Positions 7,630-15,492 of a stretch of DNA of 15,492 nucleotides are shown here, one piece after another. Location: the NCBI GenBank assembly GCA_963977445.1, contig CAXBPH010000164.1, forward strand, positions 1-15,492. Direction: 5' to 3'. The notes beneath the pieces were generated by a model. That model saw only the letters and a program-made list of their open reading frames with translations. It was not told the origin of the DNA and did no database searches. Made by a program: the position numbers and the translations under genes. Position 1 is the stretch's first letter. Each line of letters begins with the position of its first letter. Source of the DNA: an uncultured bacterium. GTDB taxonomy: Bacteria > Hydrogenedentota > Hydrogenedentia > Hydrogenedentales > JAEUWI01.

Positions 7630-10600
7630 ATGCTGAATTATCTTGTGGCTTTTGCCCTCCAGAACCGGGCGCTCATGGTGCTGCTCTTTATCGCTGCCGC
7701 TGGCTTTGGTGGCTGGCGACTGGCAAACTTGCCCATCGATGCCTTTCCCGATACCACGCCCGTTCAGGTGCAGATTAACACGACGGCCCCCGCGCTGGGG
7801 CCCGAAGACATTGAACAACAGATCACATTACCCGTCGAACTCGCGGTCTCAGGCCTGCCGGGCCTCGACGAAGTGCGGTCTATCTCTAAGTTTGGCTTTT
7901 CCCAGGTGGTGGCCACCTTTACGGATGAAACCAGCGTCTATGATGCCCGCCAGTTCATTACGGAACGGCTGAACACCATCGCGCTCCCCGAGGGCATTGA
8001 ACAGCCCCAGCTTGGCCCAATCGCCACGGGCCTCGGGGAAGTCTTCCACTACATGCTCCACTCCGACAATCCAGACCGGAGTTTGACGGAGCTGCGAACC
8101 CTCCACGACTGGATTGTGAAGCCCGAGCTCCTGAAGACCTCCGGGGTAGCAGAAGTGAACAGTTGGGGTGGCTTCGAGAAACAATACCACGTCATCATTC
8201 GTCCGGATGCCCTCATCAAACATGGACTCCTTCTCCGCGACGTACACGACGCCTTGGCGCGAAACAACGCCAACGTGGGTGGGGGCCAGCTTACCCGCGC
8301 GGGTGAATCCATGCTGGTTCATGGTTTGGGGCGTGTATCCAATGCGACAGACATCGAAAACATCGTCGTTCTGGCCCACGAAGGCACGCCGGTCCGGGTG
8401 CGGGATGTGGCGGAGGTGCGTATTGACCACGAAATCCGTCGGGGCGCCGTCACCTTTCAGGGCGAAGGGGAAGCCGTGCTGGGCCTGGGCTTCATGCTCA
8501 TGGGCGAAAACAGTCAGGCCGTCACCCGGGAGCTCCGGGAGCGATTGGAGACGGCCAAAAGCGCGCTTCCCGACGACGTGGAGCTCACTATCGTTTACGA
8601 CCGGACCGAACTGGTCTCCAACGTAATCGAAACCGTCCAGCACAACCTGCTGGCCGGTGCACTCCTGGTTGTCGTCGTACTCTTTCTCCTCCTGGGCAAT
8701 ATACGTGCGGGCCTTCTCGTCGCGGCAACCATACCGCTGGCCTTACTCTTCGCCGTCATTGGCATGCACGAGATGGCTATCGCCGCGAGCCTGCTCAGTC
8801 TGGGTGCCATGGATTTCGGCATTATCGTCGATGGCTCCGTGGTGATGACCGAAAGTAATCTCCGAAGACTGCGGGAAGAACAGGAGCGGCTCGGAAGAAA
8901 ACTGAACCGTGCCGAACGCCTTGGCTGCGTTATCCGCTCCAGCCAGGAGGTGGCGCGACCGGTGGCTTTTGGTATGGGAATCATTGCCGTTGTATTTTTC
9001 CCCGTCTTGGCGCTCCAGGGCATCGAGTCTAAACTCTTTTCCCCCATGGCGTGGACCTTTATCTTCGCCCTCTTCGGCGCCCTGGCAGTCGCTCTCCTCT
9101 TGTCCCCGGTGCTCTCCTATTACCTGCTCCCCCGCAACGCAACACCGGAGCGTCATGGCCTGGGTTCGCTCCTGGTCGTTGTGTACCGTGTTTTACTCCG
9201 TGGCGCACTCCGATTCCGCTGGCTTGTCGTTGCCACGTCAATCCTCTTGCTCGCCGCGACGTCACTCCTCGCGACCCGCCTCGGTGGTGAGTTCCTCCCG
9301 CGCCTGAGTGAAGGGGCAACCGTCTGCAACGTCATCCGCCTGGCAGGTGTTTCGATTGAAAGCTCGGTGGAATACAATTCCCGTATCGAGCGATTGTTGC
9401 TGAAGGCCTTTCCCGATGAAGTCCGATTCGTCTGGAGCCGCATCGGGTCGGCGGAAGTCGCTACGGACCCCATGGGCACGGAACTGACGGACATATTTAT
9501 TGCCCTCCATCCCCGGGGCCAGTGGAGCAAGGCAAAAACTCAGGGCGAACTCGTAGCCGCCATGGAAACGGAATTGGGCGATCTACCGGGGCTGAATATC
9601 GCCTACACCCAACCCATTGAGATGCGGATGAACGAAATGGTCTCCGGTATCCGCTCTGATCTTGGCATCAAGGTATTCGGAGATGATTTTGATACCCTCG
9701 TGCGCATTTCCGATGATATCCAACGGGTCTTACTCGAAATGGAGGGTGCCACCGATATTTCTGCCGATCAGATTACGGGGCAACCTGCCCTGCAGATTCA
9801 GGTGGACCAGGAGAAGATCGCACGGTACGGCGTACCCACGGCGGATGTCCTGGATTTTGTAGCGGCCATGGGTGGTTTGGATGCCGGCCTGGTCTATGAA
9901 GGGCAACGCGTCTTCCCACTCGTATTGCGCCTGCCCGACGATTACCGAAGCGACCCCGCGCGTATCGAGCACGCCATCATTCCAACCTTAGACGGACCAC
10001 TCCTTGAAGTGGGACAACTCGCCTCCGTGCTGGAAACGACGACGCCCGCCACCATCAACCGCGAATGGGGACGACGACTTATCCGGGTCCAGGCCAACGT
10101 GCGTGATCGCGATGTGGCGTCCTTCGTTGCCGAAGCAAAGGACAAGGTCGCTGCCCAGATTACCTTGCCCGAAGGCTACCTCCTCGAATGGGGTGGCCAA
10201 TTCAAGAATCTAGAGCGGGCGCGACTGCGGCTATCCATTGTCGTGCCTTTGACGCTGATCCTTATCTTCTTCCTGCTTTATTTCAGCCTGAATCGCTTCC
10301 GCGATGTACTTATCATCTACACGGGAATTCCCTTCGCAGCAATTGGCGGTGTCATTGCCTTGTACCTCCGTGACATGCCCTTCAGTGTCAGCGCTGCCGT
10401 TGGATTTATTGCACTCTGTGGCATTGCCGTTCTGAATGGACAGGTCCTTGTCACCGCCATCCACCGTTTTCGCGAGGAGGGCACGGACCTCGCGGAGGCC
10501 GTTCGAGAAGCGGCCATACAACGATTACGCCCGGTGCTGGCGACGGGCATCACGGACGCCGTTGGATTTCTGCCCATGGCCATGTCCACGGGCGTCGGTG

Positions 10601-10740
10601 CCGAAGTACAGCGCCCCCTGGCTACCGTAGTGGTTGGCGGCATACTCTCGGCCACCCTGCTCACCCTGCTCGTCTTACCGGCCCTCTATTTAATTGCAAA
10701 CGGGCGAAGGAAGAAAAGTGGCACCGCAGACGAACGCTAA
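7630..10740 (+). CDS. czcA: CzcA-type heavy-metal efflux RND transporter (HME family), 1036 aa
   Basis: GAGG RBS at 7618-7621 before ATG 7630; N-terminal LPIDAFPDTTPVQVQINT; TM4 LGAMDFGIIVDGSVVMTE (the DFG...DG...E pattern of CzcA-like divalent-cation pumps rather than CusA); GGEFLPRLSEG; RLRPVLAT; GAEVQRPLATVVVGG. Confidence 0.92.
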   Translation: MLNYLVAFALQNRALMVLLFIAAAGFGGWRLANLPIDAFPDTTPVQVQINTTAPALGPEDIEQQITLPVELAVSGLPGLDEVRSISKFGFSQVVATFTDETSVYDARQFITERLNTIALPEGIEQPQLGPIATGLGEVFHYMLHSDNPDRSLTELRTLHDWIVKPELLKTSGVAEVNSWGGFEKQYHVIIRPDALIKHGLLLRDVHDALARNNANVGGGQLTRAGESMLVHGLGRVSNATDIENIVVLAHEGTPVRVRDVAEVRIDHEIRRGAVTFQGEGEAVLGLGFMLMGENSQAVTRELRERLETAKSALPDDVELTIVYDRTELVSNVIETVQHNLLAGALLVVVVLFLLLGNIRAGLLVAATIPLALLFAVIGMHEMAIAASLLSLGAMDFGIIVDGSVVMTESNLRRLREEQERLGRKLNRAERLGCVIRSSQEVARPVAFGMGIIAVVFFPVLALQGIESKLFSPMAWTFIFALFGALAVALLLSPVLSYYLLPRNATPERHGLGSLLVVVYRVLLRGALRFRWLVVATSILLLAATSLLATRLGGEFLPRLSEGATVCNVIRLAGVSIESSVEYNSRIERLLLKAFPDEVRFVWSRIGSAEVATDPMGTELTDIFIALHPRGQWSKAKTQGELVAAMETELGDLPGLNIAYTQPIEMRMNEMVSGIRSDLGIKVFGDDFDTLVRISDDIQRVLLEMEGATDISADQITGQPALQIQVDQEKIARYGVPTADVLDFVAAMGGLDAGLVYEGQRVFPLVLRLPDDYRSDPARIEHAIIPTLDGPLLEVGQLASVLETTTPATINREWGRRLIRVQANVRDRDVASFVAEAKDKVAAQITLPEGYLLEWGGQFKNLERARLRLSIVVPLTLILIFFLLYFSLNRFRDVLIIYTGIPFAAIGGVIALYLRDMPFSVSAAVGFIALCGIAVLNGQVLVTAIHRFREEGTDLAEAVREAAIQRLRPVLATGITDAVGFLPMAMSTGVGAEVQRPLATVVVGGILSATLLTLLVLPALYLIANGRRKKSGTADER

Positions 10741-10834
10741 CCGAGATCGAGCATCGACGTCTGCTTCAAATTGCCCGTAGCCCCTTCTTCTGTCCAAAGA
10801 GGATTGGGTTAAATTCGTAGTGCAAGCATAGACC

Positions 10835-10885
10835 AAAATAAAACCGCCGCCCCGCGAAGTCACGGAGACTTCGACGGGGCGGCGG
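10835..10885 (-). terminator. Intrinsic terminator for the minus-strand collagen/M6 genes (stem could also act on convergent czcA transcripts)
   Basis: Stem CCGCCGCCCCG-CGAAGTC (10844-10861), loop ACGGA, GACTTCG-a-CGGGGCGGCGG (10867-10885): 18 bp with a 1-nt bulge. AAAATAAAA at 10835-10843 gives a U-tract on the minus strand; the stem begins 18 nt after the M6 stop. Confidence 0.9.
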
Positions 10886-10903
10886 CACATTGCTTTCTAT
10901 GAA

Positions 10904-13798
10904 TTATCGTCTTCGCGGACGGGCACCATCCGTAGAAACGGTGGGCAGTTGCAGGGCAGAGTTATCTCGAATTGGCCGTCTTCCGCGACCCCGAGCGGGG
11001 GCAACTTCTTCAACAGGCAATTCATATCGCTTGAAGAATGGGCGACCTGGGTTCGCTGTCGCGACGGGAACATCAACACCATCCGTTTGTTCAACCACGG
11101 ATAGAACACCGCTCTGACCAATCGTTGCCGTTGAACCAGACACTTCGATGTTAACTCCTTGTGCAATATCGAGGGTCTCCGGCGAGAAACCGCCGCCAGC
11201 AATCGTGACCGTGCCATCGGTCTGAACCGCAGCGAGACCTTCCGCCAGGGTATTGTAGGGATTGAGCGACGACCCGAGCTCTACGCCAGGGTAGCCAAAG
11301 TTTACATATACCTGGTTTTGCAGGCCGACCAGCAATCCGACCGGGAGGGTCAGCGGATTCTCATCCAAATCGTTCGATGAGATGGTCAGTCCACCCTGGT
11401 AGGTACCCGGGGCAAAACCATTGGCGTTGGCCGTCACCGTAATGGTCTGCATTCCTTGTGGGCCAATAGTGCCCGTGCTGGCGTCTACGGAAAGCCACGC
11501 CAAAGGACCAATCGTCAGCAGCTGATGATAGGTATTTGGGTCTGCACCGAGGGCCGTGCTGAAACTATCGGGGAGTGGAAAGGCCATGGAATGTCCCCGA
11601 TTCACACGTCCAAAACTGGTCTCTGGAGGACTCCCACCACTGTTCTCAAAATAAACTTCCGTGGGTGTTACGCCCCAAAGGGCCGAAATGATATAGAACT
11701 TACCCGCCTGAAGGGGCACTTCAATACCGTTGACACCGTAGAAACCCGCGCCCTGGCCGACAAAGTCCACCACGTACGCGTAAATCGCTACCTTTTCGAA
11801 ACCTTCGCCCACGCCATCCATCTCATAGACGACGAATCCAAATTGATTGGTACCGGTAAAACGAACCGCTGCGGATATCGCTCGTAGTTGGGTGCTCCGA
11901 TCAACCTCATACACATTTCCATAGGAAAAAAGGGAGGTGGGTGCCGTGGGTACCGGTCCCGGATCGCCAACATACTCCGAGCCACCTTCTCCTTCAAGGG
12001 AGATGTCGATAGTGTAATCGAGATCCTGTCCGCCGGTGTCTGCCGTGTTGGATACGGTCAACGTTTTATCCAGCGATACGGCGGTAGGGGTGAAATAGCT
12101 CAAGGAGGTATCAGAGACGGAAATATCTGCGAGGGCATTGACCACCTCGGTGCTATAGGTAAAGGCCATATTTTCGCCCGTCTTCTTAATATTGAAGAGC
12201 GTGTGGCCCGTGGGCAGTACCACGCCTCCCTGATAGGTGTCGGTGCTGGGAACGGTGCTCGGGCCGAAAATGCTTGCGCCATTTTCCCGAAACACATCGC
12301 CACCATCGCCCCGATTAGTTCCCTTTTCCAAATGGTAGGCACCGTCTGCTTGTAACACGGCGACGCGATAGTGCTTCCCGTTGGTGGGCCAGCCGGCCTG
12401 CCCGGGATAGCCCTGCGTATTGTAGGGGGCGTTCTCGTCAATATGGAGGACCAGTAAACCGCCTTGGGGCATATCCGCTTCGAAACCAAAAGGCTGTCTA
12501 TTCTCGATGAGCAAATACTCGCCCGGAGGAAAGTTCTCGTCTATCCGAATTACGGAGGGCGTGTAGCCAATGGGGCCCAGGGCATAATTCCCCGGTCCGT
12601 CCAAGACAATCGGAGGGGCCATCCAACCCAACTGAATCCTACTCCAGGAGCTGAAGTGGGGTGGATAGTGCTGGCTGTTATCAAAGCCCCAGGAGTTTGC
12701 CATTAGACCCCAGGAGCCGATGCCATTGCCGTTGTCAGGGGACGGGTCGGTGTCGTAGAGATCGGGCAGGCCAAAAAAGTGGCCCGTTTCATGACAGATT
12801 ACCCCGATGCGGCCAATGGCGCTACCTTGGTAGTGCCACACGCCGGGGCTGATATGATAGTTGCTTACCGCCACCCCTTCTGCAGAAACCCATCCCGGAA
12901 AACCGAGGGAGGACTTGTGCGACCAGATTCGGTTTGACGAAGGCGTGCCATATTGATCCGTCGCGCCCCATTCCGCACCATAGCCCGAGTGTATGAAGGC
13001 AATTGCGTCAATTTTACCATCACTGTCCGAGTCGAAATCGTTGAAATTGACGGACCCATCGATCGCATTCAAGGCATATCGCAGGGCTTCTGAAACTTTG
13101 CTGCCACCAAGCCCCGAAACGCCATTGGCGTAGTAGGCCTCCGTCTGAGGCAGCGTTACCCACACGGTCACGGTGGACTCCAGGGTAAACTGAGTGTAGG
13201 ATACCTCGCGATAGTACGCCTTCACGCTGCCCGTGGGCGCGAGCGTGGGATCAGGCGAATTCGCATTAAACAAGACATTCATATCCGATTGGCTGGGAAG
13301 GGTACGGCCCGTGTGGTCCGAAAACTCCATCAGCACCACCAGATTGCGTTTTACACCCAACACGGGTGTCGCAAGTTCAAAGCCAGGCGCTGACCCACTC
13401 CCAGAACCATCCTCCAATTGAGGTTCGACGAGACCCATCTGGCGCCGAATACCTTCGGAAGGCATGATGCCACGGACAAGTCCGGACCGTCTGGGATCGC
13501 CCCGTCCAACCCGTACGCCCGACGAAACAACACGACCTTGCCCATTGCGACGGCCATAATTGAATTCGCCCGCCCGCGTTCGAACTACCGTGTACCCTTT
13601 TTCATCTTCCATCCAATTGAAGTGCTCGTCTCCGCGGACGCGCAACTTCACAACCGAACCGTCCGGCTGCGTTTCTTCAAAGGCAAGGGGACTCGCCTGG
13701 ATTGCCCTGGCAACCGGGGCTAACGTACAGGTCAGCCCCAATGCTACCACCATGGAAAGCATCGAGTGACACGCTATATGCTTTATTGACTCGCTCAT
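10904..13798 (-). CDS. Secreted M6-family (immune inhibitor A-like) zinc metalloprotease with C-terminal beta-sandwich/BACON-like and DUF1565-like modules, 964 aa
   Basis: Signal peptide ending ARA; propeptide QPDG...RGDEHFNW...GY; GSVKAYYREVSY; DFDSDSDGKID; IHSGYGAE; IWSHK; zinc motif IGVICHETGHFFGLPDLY (HExxH at 12779-12793); GSWGLMA; EYLLIENRQ; BACON-like WLSVDASTGTI...GTYQGGLTISSND. AAGGT RBS 7 nt upstream of the start. Confidence 0.92.
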   Translation of the reverse strand: MSESIKHIACHSMLSMVVALGLTCTLAPVARAIQASPLAFEETQPDGSVVKLRVRGDEHFNWMEDEKGYTVVRTRAGEFNYGRRNGQGRVVSSGVRVGRGDPRRSGLVRGIMPSEGIRRQMGLVEPQLEDGSGSGSAPGFELATPVLGVKRNLVVLMEFSDHTGRTLPSQSDMNVLFNANSPDPTLAPTGSVKAYYREVSYTQFTLESTVTVWVTLPQTEAYYANGVSGLGGSKVSEALRYALNAIDGSVNFNDFDSDSDGKIDAIAFIHSGYGAEWGATDQYGTPSSNRIWSHKSSLGFPGWVSAEGVAVSNYHISPGVWHYQGSAIGRIGVICHETGHFFGLPDLYDTDPSPDNGNGIGSWGLMANSWGFDNSQHYPPHFSSWSRIQLGWMAPPIVLDGPGNYALGPIGYTPSVIRIDENFPPGEYLLIENRQPFGFEADMPQGGLLVLHIDENAPYNTQGYPGQAGWPTNGKHYRVAVLQADGAYHLEKGTNRGDGGDVFRENGASIFGPSTVPSTDTYQGGVVLPTGHTLFNIKKTGENMAFTYSTEVVNALADISVSDTSLSYFTPTAVSLDKTLTVSNTADTGGQDLDYTIDISLEGEGGSEYVGDPGPVPTAPTSLFSYGNVYEVDRSTQLRAISAAVRFTGTNQFGFVVYEMDGVGEGFEKVAIYAYVVDFVGQGAGFYGVNGIEVPLQAGKFYIISALWGVTPTEVYFENSGGSPPETSFGRVNRGHSMAFPLPDSFSTALGADPNTYHQLLTIGPLAWLSVDASTGTIGPQGMQTITVTANANGFAPGTYQGGLTISSNDLDENPLTLPVGLLVGLQNQVYVNFGYPGVELGSSLNPYNTLAEGLAAVQTDGTVTIAGGGFSPETLDIAQGVNIEVSGSTATIGQSGVLSVVEQTDGVDVPVATANPGRPFFKRYELPVEEVAPARGRGRRPIRDNSALQLPTVSTDGARPRRR

Positions 13799-13831
13799 AT
13801 CTTGGACCTTTTCTGGTGCTCGTGCTTTCGA

Positions 13832-15492
13832 CTACTGCAAACTCACAAGTACCAATACCAGGCCACGGCCTTCCTTCAGCCCCGTCATCGCCTTACCAAG
13901 GACGGCGCCTGTAGCTTTCCCGTGATCCACCACCTTGGCGGCGTGACCAGCGGTCGACGACGTAGTCAACAAGTCACCCGGCTCAATCGCGCCGAAGCTC
14001 GCATCGACGTAGCAGTAAACGCGGCCGGTCAGCGCAACGGGATGTTCACCATCGGCCTCCGTTCCAACCTGCGACATGATCATGCCCGGAAGCACATTCC
14101 CCGCTCCGCTGATAATACCTGCGACGCGACGATCATGGGCTTCGGTACTGACCATCAATTTTCCGGGATTCTCAGGATCGATACTGACCACCATGCCGGG
14201 CAGTATTTCGCCCTCCAGCGTGGCCACGTCAAAGCCTTCAGCGAGATCGGCACCGCCGGTAATCTTGAGTACTTTCGTGCGGGTGGTTCCGTTAACATCC
14301 AGCTCAAAGTTTGGATCCATTCCGATGCCAACCTGGCCACCTTCGGTTATCGTCATGTGGGTGATGCCATCGGTTCCGAGCTTCAGGGACGATCCGAAAT
14401 CGTCACCATTGTTGTCGGCTCCAATAAACAGCATATTCTCATCGGTAGTACCACCGCCGTCCGCGCCAGCAGGACCTTGCGGCCCTTCTGGACCCTGGGG
14501 ACCTACTGCACCGGCAGGACCCATCGGTCCTACGGGACCATCTGCGCCATCCGCACCGGCGGGACCAACTTCACCTTGAGGACCGTCCGCACCGTCAATA
14601 CCGTCTGCACCCATCGGACCTTCGGGGCCAACGGCACCATCAATGCCAGCAGGACCCTGAGGACCGATGGCACCATCACTACCATTTGCGCCAGCTGGGC
14701 CGGCAGGACCAACAGCACCCTGAGGACCAACGGCACCATCAATGCCAGCAGGGCCAGCAGGGCCCATTGGACCTTCGGCACCAGGGGTTCCAGCGGGACC
14801 GACCGCGCCATCAATGCCGTCCGCGCCCATTGGGCCTTCGGGACCAGGTGCACCTTCGGCACCAGCAGGACCAGTCTCACCCTGGGGGCCAATCGCACCA
14901 TCAATTCCATTTACGCCCGCAGGACCGGTTTCACCCTGAGGACCAACCGAACCATCAATTCCATTTTCGCCTGCAGGACCCATCGGACCTTCAGGTCCGG
15001 CTGCACCTTCGGCACCAGCAGGACCAGTCTCACCCTGGGGGCCAATCGCACCATCAATTCCATTTACGCCCGCAGGACCGGTTTCACCCTGAGGACCGAC
15101 CGCACCATCAATACCATCCGCACCCGCAGGACCCACATCCCCATTGGGACCAGGTGCACCTTCGGCACCAGCGGGACCCGTTTCACCCTGAGGACCTACC
15201 GCGCCATCAATGCCGTCCGAGCCCATTGGGCCTTCGGGACCAGATGCACCCGTGGGGCCAGCGGGGCCCGTTTCACCCTGAGGACCAACCGAACCATCAA
15301 TGCCATTGGCACCAGCAGGACCCACATCCCCTTTGGGGCCGGGCGCACCTTCTGGACCAGCGGGACCAGCAGGGCCCGTTTCACCCTGAGGACCAACCGA
15401 ACCATCAATGCCATTGGCACCAGCAGGACCCATGGGACCTTCAGGTCCGGCGGCACCTTCGGTACCCGCAGGACCGGTCTCACCTTGGGGAC
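13832..15492 (-). CDS. Collagen-like protein with a C-terminal Peptidase_G2/intramolecular-chaperone-like domain (5'-truncated by window)
   Basis: The frame stays open past ATG 15433 to the window edge (..[20 protein letters not shown]). Uninterrupted Gly-X-Y from the edge to about 14459, then [47 protein letters not shown]...[10 protein letters not shown]...[11 protein letters not shown] stop at 13832-13834. Confidence 0.9.
   Translation of the reverse strand, partial: PQGETGPAGTEGAAGPEGPMGPAGANGIDGSVGPQGETGPAGPAGPEGAPGPKGDVGPAGANGIDGSVGPQGETGPAGPTGASGPEGPMGSDGIDGAVGPQGETGPAGAEGAPGPNGDVGPAGADGIDGAVGPQGETGPAGVNGIDGAIGPQGETGPAGAEGAAGPEGPMGPAGENGIDGSVGPQGETGPAGVNGIDGAIGPQGETGPAGAEGAPGPEGPMGADGIDGAVGPAGTPGAEGPMGPAGPAGIDGAVGPQGAVGPAGPAGANGSDGAIGPQGPAGIDGAVGPEGPMGADGIDGADGPQGEVGPAGADGADGPVGPMGPAGAVGPQGPEGPQGPAGADGGGTTDENMLFIGADNNGDDFGSSLKLGTDGITHMTITEGGQVGIGMDPNFELDVNGTTRTKVLKITGGADLAEGFDVATLEGEILPGMVVSIDPENPGKLMVSTEAHDRRVAGIISGAGNVLPGMIMSQVGTEADGEHPVALTGRVYCYVDASFGAIEPGDLLTTSSTAGHAAKVVDHGKATGAVLGKAMTGLKEGRGLVLVLVSLQ
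14459..15492 (-). repeat. Collagen triple-helix repeat, about 115 Gly-X-Y triplets visible, with exact internal DNA duplications
   Basis: 9-bp periodicity; recurring [16 protein letters not shown] block; exact 96-bp duplicate (14849-14944 = 15002-15097) and exact 61-bp duplicate (15264-15324 = 15372-15432). Confidence 0.97.

Noticed and set aside
13832..15492. Prophage tail-fibre region
   Set aside because: No other phage structural, integrase or lysis genes in the window, and the downstream neighbour is a signal-peptide protease. Cannot be fully excluded because upstream sequence is missing.

Overview
GC-rich bacterial chromosomal segment, probably from a diderm (inferred from the RND pump and lipoprotein adaptor). 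+ strand: 3' end of the F1Fo ATP synthase operon (atpD partial, atpC); an uncharacterised polytopic membrane protein; a secreted FAD-dependent oxidoreductase with a C-terminal carbohydrate-binding-like domain, broken by one in-frame TAA; then a heavy-metal efflux locus made of a small Cys-rich ORF with its own sigma70-like promoter, an unusual CzcB-like lipoprotein adaptor and a CzcA-type RND pump, with no outer-membrane channel gene. - strand, convergent and ending at an intrinsic terminator: a collagen-like protein (at least ~115 uninterrupted Gly-X-Y triplets, 5'-truncated by the window) with a phage-appendage-type intramolecular-chaperone-like C-terminus, followed 33 bp later by a secreted M6 (InhA-like) metalloprotease. 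Most striking: (1) the RND adaptor carries six tandem C-x2-H-x6-C-x2-C-H-P modules (six CxxCH motifs) with His-rich linkers, i.e. either a multi-site metal-binding array or a multiheme-fused efflux adaptor; (2) a probably leaderless Cys-rich upstream ORF with operator-like dyads that may regulate this pump; (3) the collagen fibre / self-cleaving chaperone / M6 protease pair. All family assignments come from motif recognition, not database searches.
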